Positions 13,837 to 26,136 of a stretch of 64,000 bases of DNA are shown one piece after another; the first letter of the stretch is position 1; each line of letters opens with the position of its first letter. Below the pieces are notes generated by a model. The model did no database searches, was not told the origin of the DNA, and saw only the letters and a program-made list of their open reading frames with translations. The DNA is taken from assembly GCA_044892525.1 (NCBI GenBank), contig CM097886.1, positions 22,506,001-22,570,000 of the forward strand, in the 5' to 3' direction. A program made the translations under genes and the position numbers. This stretch comes from Schmidtea polychroa. Lineage: Eukaryota.

Positions 13837-16470
13837 TGTTAGGATTCGTCCTAATTTTAGACATTAATAAATTCAAAGTCGTGAATAATTCTTTCTTATG
13901 TAAACAACGTATTTTCTTAATTCATTTCTGGGAAATTAATTCAAATCCAAATAATATTTCGAACAATTGCACCATACCACAACATTCAAATAATGAAATA
14001 TAAATACTTTAAATATGTTTATATAAAAACATCTTACACCCCCTCCTTTAATAATCTTTTTCAGTTTTCATATTCGTTTAGCCATTCTATATTTCTAATT
14101 TTTATTTTCCCAGTTGGAATTTTCGCCACATAGCTACGATTGTGCCGTTTCTCAAAAATTTCACCAGGACCATCATACCTATTATCCTCTTTAGAGATAA
14201 CATCCTCTTTTATCCACACAAAGTCCCCAAGATTAAATTCTCGATTTTTTCGTAGTTTATTGTTATATGATACTTTTCTTTCATTCTTTTCCAATTGTGT
14301 AGTCATTATTTCTCTTTTTTTACTCATAATATTCACGTATTCTTTAAAGTCTGAATCCTTGTTATCTCTTGATTGCTATTCTTTGTATATTTTCTTGCCG
14401 TATACTACTTCCGCAGTACTAAATCCTATTGAAATCTGAATTGTCGAATTAAGCATAAATTCCATCTCTGGCGGTAAATCTGCCCAATTTTTATACATTT
14501 TATCTTTTAATGAAATTTGAATTGCATCCCTTATGGTTCTGAATTGTCTTTCAATTATTCCATTAGCCGAAGCGCTTGATTATACAATTTCAATTCGGTG
14601 AATGTTTATTAAGTCATTTATTAGTTTTGCTTCAAAGATTTTCCCAATGTCGCAGTGTATAAACTTTGGTGCTCCGTATTTTAAAATCTAATTATTTTTC
14701 AAAATAGCTGCTGTTGTATTCTCGTCTTGTCTTTATATTGCAGTTAATAATATATATCTACTANNNNNNNNNNNNNNNNNNNNNNNNNNNNNNNNNNNNN
14801 NNNNNNNNNNNNNNNNNNNNNNNNNNNNNNNNNNNNNNNNNNNNNNNNNNNNNNNNNNNNNNNNNNNNNNNNNNNNNNNNNNNNNNNNNNNNNNNNNNNN
14901 NNNNNNNNNNNNNNNNNNNNNNNNNNNNNNNNNNNNNTTTAAAGATCCACAAAAATCAATAACAATCGTCTCAAATAAAGACGAATTATTATGTTTTAAA
15001 ATAGTTTTTTTCGTTCGTATTGTCAATGTTTTTCCTCTTTGGGATTCTTTACAACTGCGGATTACAATCTCAATTTGTTCACGTTTATTTTCAAAATCAA
15101 ATGTTTGTGAAATATAATCTTGTACTTTCTTAACCCCTGATAGCATAACGTTTGATGAGTGTGTTCTACGAATTGTCGTATCTTTTCCTTTGGTATCCAT
15201 ATTTTCCTTTTGTTCGTCGTTATCACATTGTTGTTAATTTCAAATTTGATTTCTTCTCCTTTCAGTATTTTTTCTCTTATATCAGCAATCTCTATAGAGT
15301 CTTTTTGCCACATGGAACCATCATCTCTAAGCATCAACGCTAGAATTCTTGTCTTCAACCTTCCTTTCTTTGGTTCTTCGTGTATTGTTTGGCACTGTAT
15401 ACATGTGTCACATTCGTTCCGTGATAAAACATTAGCAATGACATGTAATTCACCTTTCCTGTACTCTAAATCCATATCCAAACCACTAAGATGATTAATC
15501 CACGTCTGAAACTGTGGTGTAATAGGTTTTTTTGGTTTTAATAATAAATGTTATTACCTTGTGATCCATTCTAAGTCTAAATCGCTTCCCATATAAATAA
15601 TGTTTAAAATGTAACGTAAAATAATAAATTGCAAGTAATTCTTTTCTACTGATGCAATACTCTAATTCGTGTGTACTCATTGCACGCGATCTATACGCAA
15701 TCACTCTTTCATTCCCATTAGAATTTAATTATGATAACACCGCTACTATTCTTTCAAAGCTTGCATCAGTATCTAATATAAATTCTTTTTTTAAAATCCG
15801 GGAAAGCCAGTATTGGAGCTCTCCTTAATTGTTCTTTCATACCTTGAAACGCTATTTCGCATTCATCTGTCCATATTAATTTTTTTGGTTACTCCCACAT
15901 AATTTCTCCAAGTTCTTAGAAAACTTTGTATAATTTTCAATGAATCTTCGATAATAATTCTTAAGTCCCAAAAACTCCTCAACATTAAACATTTTGGTCT
16001 TTCGAACTGTTTTATTGCGTCAATTTTACGATCCTCCGCTCTTGTACCATCTTTATTTATGATATGGCCTAAAAACATAGTTTCACATTTCAAAATGTGA
16101 CATTTCTCTCGGCTCAACTTTAATCCAGTTGTTTTAATTCTGTCTAGAACATTTTTTACTCTTTTTATATGTTCCTCTTTAGTATTTGAAAATATTAGGA
16201 TGTAGTCCAGGTACTTTTTCCCAGGTTTTTTTCCAATTTAGTGATCTAAATACTTTGTTCATTAATTTTTGGAAAGTAGTAGGAGCCGCTGCTATCCAAA
16301 ATGTCATACGATTGAAGCAATATTGCTCATTCTTTGTAGAGAAAGCCGTTTCTTTTTTTGAATCTTTAGCTAACTCCACTTGGTAATATGCACTACCTAA
16401 ATCCAGTGTTGTGAAAAATCTCGATTCATTCTGCTTTCTATAGTAATTATATATGACTTATACAGGTCCC
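13837..16470 (-). mobile_element. Ty3/Gypsy LTR retrotransposon remnant (5'-truncated, frameshifted pol + 3' LTR 13837-14038)
   Basis: RT (KKETAFST...TTFQKLMNKV; FLGHIINKDG), RNase H (SRKELLAIYYFTLHFKHYLYGKRF; YRKGELHVIANVLSR) and integrase fragments. PPT AAAGGAGGGGG precedes the LTR TGTAAGAT...ATCCTAACA. Same family as element 1. Confidence 0.88.
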
Positions 16471-16862
16471 AGTAATTTTTGTCCATATTTCAAATGTGTG
16501 TATATATTTTCTATATAAGTTAATTATATCTTATGGTAGGCCTTAATATGTAGCTAAACGTCCATAATTTTTGTATTAGTATTATAATTTAGAAAGTTAT
16601 TAAATATTGATAAATAAAGATTAAAGACTATAAAACTGTATTCATGTATTTTTGATTTTTAAAAGCATTTTGCAATATCTTGAATTGAGCTTAGAAAAAT
16701 ATTTTATTCCACATTAGTAGTATAAAAAAGTTCGACACTTTTCCAAATATATATATTTTGTTATTTAATCAAATTTTATTATTTAAAATATCAATATTTT
16801 ATCGAAGTATTTTTCAACGTTAATATTTGTCAACCTGTAATTTACAACATAGTAAATATTAA

Positions 16863-16944
16863 CCCTTTCGCGGACGCACTTTTTTAGTTGCTGTTATTAT
16901 ACACAGTAGTATGACGTGTATACACGTCAATGTCCATTAAAGGG
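16863..16944. mobile_element. Minimal piggyBac-type MITE (82 bp)
   Basis: TTAA on both sides; TIR CCCTTTCGCGGAC / GTCCATTAAAGGG; internal perfect palindrome TGACGTGTATACACGTCA. Confidence 0.7.
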
Positions 16945-17145
16945 TTAAAAGTCTTAAATTCAAAAATTAAAATTTTCATTAACTTATGAATTAATGAATG
17001 CCAATTTCAAATTTTCTATTAAATAACATAAATATCAATTCTTTGGATTAAAATTTATGTAATTTTATAATTTCTATTATAATTTCTATAATTTCTAAAT
17101 TTTAAAATTAGCTATTCTTTGTTTATATAATATTTTTAAAGCGCA

Positions 17146-17708
17146 ATGTTTGGAAGGTCATTAAGAGCAGAAACAAGAAGTCGAGCAAAAGAAGATTTGA
17201 AAAGAGTCTCAAAAACTACTGAAAGAGTTCGAAAATGGTAAGATGTTATTCAAATATTTCTAAAATAATACTTTTTTATTTCAAAGGACAAAAAAATGGA
17301 TATCTATTAAGGATACTACATTAATGGTATTTAAATGGACACCTGGTCCATATCAGGAAGGTTTGTGTGGAAAGAAAAGTGTTTTCCGAACTACTAGTGT
17401 AGTTAATTCAAGTAAAACTCCTCGATCATTTACATCAGAGCAATTTTCTAACGAAAGTAAAGATTCAGTCGATGACAACATGCCTCCAAATATTGCTGAA
17501 GAAAGTAATTGTTCAGAAGTAACAGATGTTACAAATATTACAGAAGGCAAACAAATGGATTGTAATTCAGCTCGAGGTTGTAATGGTCAATTAGATGAGT
17601 CAATTACCCAGGACTCTGAATCTTTAATCAATGAAGATGATTCTACTAATATGTCTTATCCAAACCCTGGAACTTGGAACACTCTTTCTCCCAATCAACC
17701 AGTTGAAG
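17146..17708 (+). CDS. BCL7: BCL7 family protein (SWI/SNF subunit), exons 17146-17237 and 17287-17708
   Basis: Spliced translation [31 protein letters not shown]|[19 protein letters not shown] matches the BCL7 N-terminal domain. 49-nt GT-AG intron; second exon ends at donor G|GTAAAT. Confidence 0.9.
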
Positions 17709-18590
17709 GTAAATTGTATTTAAATAAATAATCAAATTTTTAATAAAACGAATAAATTCTTTTTATATTTTAATTGAAATGTATATTGGGATTATATAAT
17801 TTAAACAGTATTTTTAAATTTGTATTATAATTAAAAGATTTCTATGAATTGATTTGAAATTTGTTGCTGTGCCACTGTTCTTTATCACGAAGCAATATTT
17901 ACTAGAGAATTTTTAGTCTGCCAAGGTTCTATGACTATCTATGAGATGGTTCATATTGAGAAAACCACAATATTTTTCTTATTAAATATTATTAAAATAG
18001 ATGTTCACACAACAAAATTTTCCAAAGATAAAAGTCAGAAACCAATTTTCTAACGATTGGTTCATCAAATTTATCAATTTTCAGTACTTCTTTCCTGGCG
18101 CTCAACAGAAACTTATTTAACTTATTAATATAAAATTAAGATGCCAACCTTACTTTCGTTATTGCACTGGGGATTTAATGCGTAAGAAAATTCATCCGTA
18201 AAGAACATTTCATTTTGGTGGGAAGTTGTAACATTTTAAAGTATAGAATAAAACTGAAAAGAGTAAAATGTTCTATTCTCATTGCATTTTTTTCTACTTA
18301 GTATTTTTATTCGTTTTCAACAACTTCCATATTATCAAATTCCAAAATAAAATCCACTGGTAGCAATTTATAATTTTACTGTTCACTTACAATGACAAAA
18401 ATAAATTCTATTTATGATTTCAGCCAATATCTAATTAATTATATGTATTCATTTACTATACCAAATTAAATCGGAAAACCAATTTGTCGAGTTTTAATTT
18501 AATTATTTTATGCGATCAATCAAATTATATTATTTTCTTCGAGTCTAACTTCGAATTACGACATGCTTCTATTTATGATGTATTTATAAT

Positions 18591-20876
18591 TAGGGCTTCC
18601 AAAACCGGCATTTCGGTATTATATTTCATAGAATGTATTCAAAAATGGGAAAAAGCACAAATCGAAATACAAAGAGATAAATAAAAAGTTCAAAAACTTT
18701 TATCGTTTAAAGTAACAAAATTGTTAAAATCGATTAATTTAAAAACAGATAGACGTAAAAATAAAGAATTATCTAGTATTAAAATATGACATCAAAAAAC
18801 ATAAATTATTTAAAGAACGAAATTTGGTACATAACATCCTTGAAGAAGAGAAAGTCCTTTCAGCTTCCACGCTTGTTGGGGGAATAGTTAAAATATAGTA
18901 AACCAATTTCAGGTTAATACCACGCGTGCCGTCTTCCTCAAATATTTCTATTTGTTTTTAGCACACTTAATTTTTAATTCATTGTTTATGGCCATATCTA
19001 GCTGTTTCAGATTCAGAAGCTGATGGTTTGGTTTCAGCTGGGGTTGATGAAAGCTGCTGTATAAGATTCACAATTAAATTTACTAAATCCTTTTTAGTTA
19101 ACCTTTTACATATAATATGAGAACCAAAAATATTTTGAGCTTGATCTCCTTTATGAAGATATTATATCAGATTAGATAAGTTTGAGTGTCTTTCTTTTTT
19201 TTCTTCGAATTAAGGAGGTCTTCATATTGTTATATAAGGGGGTTGTGCCCAAATTTTGCAGCATAAATGCTAGTATGGTATCAGCCCACAGAAGATTGGT
19301 ATCTCTTCTACATAAAGCCTCTACAGCCAATTTCACGGGCAATAATATATCCATTGTTGATGGTATCGATTCTAATTCTGATTCCATAAAAACAACAGTT
19401 GAATTTAAGTCGATCAGGGCTTTTTGTATGGAATTTTTTATTTTATAAAAACGTTCTAACATAAAAAGTAAGCTGTTCCACCTGGTCTTATTATCCAATA
19501 TCAAAGATAACTCCTTTCCATATTCAGTTTTTACATAAACTTGGAGTATCTCGTTTTTTATCGTTGAACGTTTGAAAAGCTTTACAACTTTTCTAACTTT
19601 ACTTATCAAATTATTTGCAAGGTCATTTGAATTTTGTGGGCCTTTAAAAATTCTTAATCCGTCAAAATCTTCTTAATTGTTTTCATCAAAATTTTCATCA
19701 TCATCATATTCAAGATAATCAGTTGTCCAATCCACAAGTGTAGTTTTATATAAAACATCAACCACGACCAGTTGGATTCCATGGGTCAAACAAAGTTGTT
19801 GGTCGATGAATATTAATTGTCCTACTTTTTTCATAATCGAAGCACCATATTTTTAAGTTGTGTTCTTTCAATATATTATCAATTAACTTTACACACATTT
19901 CTGCTGGGAGTCGTCCATTGACTCGTGCTAACCCAAAATTCCAGAATTTATTGTGAGAATGAACATTAATGTTCAAATAACGTCTATTTATAACAGAAGT
20001 CCACTCATCAAAAGTTAGACTAAACCGATTTGCTTGTTGTTGAAGTTCTGTTAGTTATTTTATTATCGAGTTTCGAATTTTGATGTCATATTTCATAACT
20101 ATTTGGCAAATTGATTCGATTGATTTCGGAATGTCGAAACCTCTAGATATAAGTGATTTTCTTAGCTCAATAGAAGTTATAAAAACTATGAATGAAAAAC
20201 CATTAGTAGCCGTCATTTTAGCTAAAACATTAGGAAGAGTATCTTTGTCTTCGGTTTTTGTAAAATAAGAAGAAATATTAGTTCTAGATTCATTGGAATG
20301 TATTTCAGATGTAATAGAAACACCTGGAGTACCGGAAGAAGCTGAAACATCAAGCGGATTACGTTTCAACAAATTTATGTGGTCCTTAAATGTGTATGGA
20401 GTCCACGAGTAGACCCTCCACAGGTCTTTATTTCTCTTGCACATTTTTTACATTTTGCTCTAACCCCAGATTTTTGCGCAAAACGTAGTGTCAGACCGTG
20501 TTTTTCTCTTGATGTCCTCTTTTAAATTCTTCAAATTCTTTTGATTTACCAGCCATGTATGGGCAGTACTTTTTTTGAATATTACAATTTGGAATATGAA
20601 TAACAGAATAATTTTGGAATATAAAAATTTAAAATACTTAGATATAAAACAATTATATTCTATTTCATTTATTTAATATAATATTTAAATTTTTATTATA
20701 CTTAATGATGCAGTTTGTTTAATCTTGTTTTTTAGTCAAAGTTTATCTGAGCTTAAAGATCTGAAAATGTGTTTTTGGTCGAAGGGAAAATTTACTGAGA
20801 TACCAGTATATACTGGTATTCATTTTTCAGTATCGGTATTTGAAATTAGCCCGGTATACTGGTATTGGAAACCCTA
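18591..20876 (-). mobile_element. Full-length hAT DNA transposon with disrupted transposase
   Basis: TIR TAGGG(C/T)TTCCAA(A/T)ACC; perfect 8-bp TSD TTTATAAT. Transposase fragments include LDNKTRWNSLLFMLERF and the hATC dimerisation motif TIPPTSVEAERTFS. Confidence 0.95.
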
Positions 20877-21869
20877 TTTATAATTACAATATTAAATAAT
20901 CCGTTGTATAAATCTCGTATAAGAGCCTGAACCACATTATCAGACGGTAACTGAATTGTGGCTGTGTTTGTCATGTTTAATTTCGGATATCAAAGTGATA
21001 TTTCATAGGAATCTTGTATACTATATTAGCTATATTGTTTTCTGGTAACTAGATTAATCATTTCAGTTGTAGTCTGAACGGAATGATATGTTGAAAATAG
21101 AATTCAAATGCACAATTTATACATGGTACGCGGTACAGGCGATTGTGACATATTTATGTGCTTACCTTTAGAGATTTTTGTAACAGGTTTATCCATGTCC
21201 TGATATTTTCCCTAGAGGCACAGATTCAAGCAGAAAGTAAAATAGTGTGGTCATTGGTAGATATTTACATTTATCATTTGCGGCGTAAATTAAATTATTT
21301 AATAAATCGCATTGGTAGTATTCATATACAGCGAAAAATAAGTAATAACTGTTTTGAAATTATCGCACAGATTTTTAACCAAATTCTGGAAATTTCGCAC
21401 TTTAAATTATTTATGTGGATTTTACTAGAAAAAATTATTCTTAGAAAAAATTATTTTTAATTGTTAAAAATTTCTAACTAAATATTCTTAAGATTTAAAA
21501 TTAAAATTGATGCCAACAAATCTTAATTTAGATTTGAAAATTTAATACCGCAATTATTCAGACTGCTTTTCAGAATGAAAATGATTTTTTAAAAACAATT
21601 ATTAATAATAAACATTTAATTTCTTTGTATTTTCAAAGTAAAAGTGTACTTCCTAAAAAATATTTTCAAGTTGATTTTTTAAAATATATTTGCCTAAAAT
21701 AGGTGCATTTTATCTCTAGTTTCATGCTTGTTTTATTATAACAATTATATGTGCCGTGTTTATGTTTAGATATTTTTTTCTTAAAATTCATAATAAATTG
21801 GAAAGTGTAACTGCTAAACCTTCAGTTAAGTTTGTATGTTTCTTATAATATAATTTTTTGATTATTTTT

Positions 21870-23590
21870 TTATACACCTGGTTCCATTCAATAAGAAATT
21901 TGTAGTGTTTGTTGGATTGTAGCATTACATTGCTAGATTTAATATGTTTATCAGGCCATTTTGCTATAACATTTTAAATTTAATTTTTAAAATTTAAATT
22001 AAATTAATAATTATTTTTAATAAATTTTTTTTAATTATTTAGATATGCTTTTTAAACATGAAATTTCATGAAAAAATGATTTAAGTAAGTTAATTATTAG
22101 TAAATAATAAAGTTCTTGGAACATTTATTTAAAATTACAAATATAGATTTCAAAATTCATTATTTAAAAAATAATTAATAAAAAAATACTCTGATTCACA
22201 CTATCGGGCTTATCGATTATTTCCATGAATTGTTTGGTAGCGGTTTTATTATTGGAATTTTTTTTGATGGAATCATTCACCTGAACATACACTTTTATAA
22301 TGCATGTTGATGTGCATAATTTGCCAGATATTATTTTTTTTAATTATGGAATTTTAAAATACGGTTTTTGAATTTTTTAAAAGTTTTAAACAAAGTTTTC
22401 TGACTCTTCAAATTTGTACATTATAGAGCTATATGAACTTTTTGTTATTTATAATATGAAATTCATCTTTGTCTTACTATTTTTTATCTTTATTTTCTCA
22501 ACAAGATTTATTTCAATCGATTTTTTAGCATTAAATTTTATATTTATATCTGTCGAAAGTTAGTATGTATTTTTACTGTTTTATGCATGTGTATTCAATT
22601 TATTTCTATCACTTTAATTTCCATATGAAAGATTTTATTCCATGCAACATTAAAATTCAACACAATAAAGTTTTCATGTTTCCATAATATAATTTTATAA
22701 GTTTTTTATATTATAGAAGTTTTATTTCGTGCAAACAGGTTTATGGAAAGTGTTATTCAAAATAGCAATGATGTGTCACCAATTTTATAAAATTTGATTT
22801 TTTTTATAAATTATAGAAAATTTCCAACGGAACCAAGTGTATTATAGGTAGTTTTTTGCGACTGCAACACTTGGCTCTACTGGAATTGCTTAATAATTAA
22901 AAAATCAAATTTTTATAAAAATAAGTACATTTTTCATGTAATAATAGTAATATTAAAATTAACTTATTATATAAACACACCAACTTACATGAGTTGAATA
23001 TTAATGTTGTATGGGATAACATCAACTAATATATAAATTGGGGAAGTAGTTCGAAAAAATAACTTTAATACACGAACATAACATAAAAAATGCATTTAAA
23101 CATTAAATGTGTTGAAATGTTCCATGGAATAAAAGCATTTTAAATATTTATTATTTGAAGAAGTAAAAAACAGTAAAAACAGTAACTTGCAGTTAAAAAT
23201 TATTAAATCTCAAAATTGTAAAAAATCCAAATTTCATAAATTTATAATATAATTTCTCCTATAATGAAAAACGACTACCAAACCAGCGATCAAAATAATC
23301 GTTGCCCAAGATTGCTCTCAAATAAGTTTTTATAAAAATGGATTTTGAAACATTTCAAAATATTTTATTATTTACTAATAATAATTTCTTTAATTTGATA
23401 CTTAAAATAGATGTCTAATAATTAGAAAGTTTCGTTAAAATTAAATATTAAATAATATTTAAATAATTACGTAAAACTTATTTAAAGATATTTAAGTAAA
23501 ATGGCCAAATAACAAATATATTCTATTGGTTGGCTTGCAGTGTGACAATTCGACACGCTATAAAATACAATTGAACGAAACCAGGTGTTA
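21870..23590. repeat. Large degenerate AT-rich palindrome / foldback element
   Basis: Several inverted pairs: cacctggttccattcaat / attgaacgaaaccaggtg; ggccatttt at ~21953 / aaaatggcc at ~23500; tttggtagcgg at ~22235 / cgactaccaaa at ~23275; centre ccaagtgt...acacttgg near 22855. Confidence 0.6.
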
Positions 23591-24191
23591 TTGTATTAAT
23601 TGAATATAATTGAGCCTTTTATTGTGAATTTACTGCTTAAGTTCATTTTGATATGGAAAATTTAATTTTCTTCAAAATTCTTTGGTAAATGAACATTTAG
23701 TATAAATATTGCATTATAGGGAAATATATTAATTCATAAGTTTTTGAGCTCACGGATCTGTATTGCGAAATTAAAACAACGGATAATTTTGAGAATGTGG
23801 AAAAAAGAAAAATTGAAATTAATGCAAAATATATTAAAGATTTTGAATGAATTGCAAACAATATTTATTTACAATATCAAAATTAGAGAAATTGCAGATA
23901 AAATGAAATTGGGTCATTTTAAATTTGGGACAAAATCCTTTAGGTATAGCAAACTTTTTATTTTTAACAGGCATGGATTATGAATTGACATTATATACAG
24001 CTACAAAACACAAAAATTTATTATAAGATCAGCTTATCAATATTTTTAATTTTATTTGCAATGCAAATCTTTAAATATCCTGATATAACAAATATTGGCA
24101 CAATTTCAAAATAAACGGCTCAATGATTTATTAAGGAAAACCAATCTATAATGTTATTATTCCTTTTTAACTGGTTTATTTTCTTCTTCAG

Positions 24192-24256
24192 ATGACGACA
24201 CGAAATCGATGAGTGACTTTGTCAATGCTTTGAACCGCGAAGATTCAAATTTGTAA
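24192..24256 (+). CDS. BCL7: Putative terminal exon of BCL7 (DDDTKSMSDFVNALNREDSNL*)
   Basis: Strong acceptor ttttcttcttcag and correct phase 1 for the donor at 17708/9. An alternative nearer exon (17838-17857) is also possible. Confidence 0.4.
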
Positions 24257-24799
24257 TTAATATTTTTATTTTTAATGGAACTCATTTTGTCGAATAAATT
24301 TTATTGTGAATAATTAATTTGTTTTGATTTTTCTGATTGTATTATGATATGTTCGAGGGTTGAGGAGTTGTGGTCTTTTATGGATATTTTGTTTGGAATG
24401 ATTGTGATTATATAGTGAGCGCACAAGTATTTCCATTCCAGGAATGCACAGGAATATTGAGTTATTCACTGTCTAAGACTTGCTCCTCGTTATGACAGTC
24501 GAACATTACGATTTTGAGAATTTTGGTACGATTTTTAGTAAAAATATAAAATGAAACAAGTGTTTGATATAGGAATTGAAATCAAGATGTTAAATTGTTA
24601 CATGGAAAATATTAAAAATGATATATTTTTTGAACTATTTGAAATAACAAGTGGTGAAACTTAACTTGGGATAATTGCCTGCCAACAAGGAATGCATGCT
24701 TTTACAAAAGTTAAAGAAATGTAAATTTCCAGAAATATACGGAAATACGAAGCTATGTATCTGTAATATGAAGGTGATAAGTAATTACACAATAGATTA

Positions 24800-25640
24800 C
24801 TAAATAAAAAATATGAGTTCATGTCCAGATTGTTCAATTATTTCCCTCATATCATTTCCTTTATGAATACTACAGTTAACCATAATAATCTTCACACTTT
24901 TCATGCCTTCCATGTTTATTCTGTTCAAAAGATTTCTCAAAAATTGTATTAAAGCCAAGTGCTTGTAAGCGGACTCTTTAACTTCATGAAATAATAATTT
25001 TCGTTTACAAATGGCTGTACAGACAGAAAAGTTCTTTGACCTTATTGCTCGTACCTGTTTTCTCGGTGTTTCCCCGACCAAGCTTCTTTCAAGTCGTTGC
25101 CTTGTAGAGCAACTAACACTAAATTCATCGATAAAAACTAAATTAGAATCATCAAATCTTAAATACCTATTACAATAAAACTCTTTCATCATTATTATTT
25201 ACCGCATTTCTTCTTTCAGGAACGATTTCTACCTTAAAAGTATAATGAAGAGTTTATACCATTATTGATAGTTGTAACAGAGAACATCTAATGCTTAAGT
25301 TTGCCACTAATTTAATTTTTAATGCTCGAAGAGAAATTGATACATCATTATCTATTTCAGTTCTAATGAAATCCATGGCTGCGAGTGTTAGAATTTTTTC
25401 TCTGGGTTCTCTAGAGACTGTTCGGTCTATTATTCCAGTTGTTTTGTGCACGTTTATAATAGAAGCAACGGTTTTCTTATTTATTTCGAGATCTTCAGCA
25501 ATTTTTTTTATACCTATGTTGTTTTCATATTTATTATTAATGCCCTTTCATTATTAGTTGTTCTTCTCGGAGTAGTTTCTTCGCTGTCATTGAACCTTGA
25601 ATTTGTTTTTTTAAGTGAGAAATTCAGCGATTAAATTAAT
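24800..25640 (-). mobile_element. IS630/Tc1-like (DDE_3-type) transposase pseudogene
   Basis: LVFIDEFSV...KNFSVCTAI...IIMVNCSIHK...GHELIF motifs plus an N-terminal HTH-like region (IAEDLEINKKTVASII); frameshifted and 3'-truncated. Confidence 0.75.
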
Positions 25641-26136
25641 TTTGAAGGGGATTAATTTAAATTTGAACAGGATTATTTTAATTTAAAAACGCTGTATTAA
25701 TATCACAAATAACAAATAAACTGACAAAATAATCAAATTAAAGATTCGCTCTAATTCTCCTGCAATTTAAATTTGAAAAATTTACTGACAACACTCCAAA
25801 TTTATTATAAAAGAATTTACACCTCAACAGATAAATGCAAAACAAGGATTTGTAACCAATGAAAGTTTTTGTAACAGTCAGTGCTTTAATATCTAATGGT
25901 CTATTATCAGTCATTCAAGGCATACCTAACTTCCAACGAAAAAACGTTTTAAAATTTTGATTCAAAATTTCGTGTTCAAACCTCTACCGCTTTCTAAACC
26001 TTTTCTCTTTGTTCTTGTTATTATTTTTTACGAAATCCTTAGTCATGGAGCTCCTAGGATGAGGTTGTATGGTATAATGAAGTTTTAATCAACCCGGAGA
26101 TGCGGACAGAATCTTTAGACAACAATTCTAACCATA

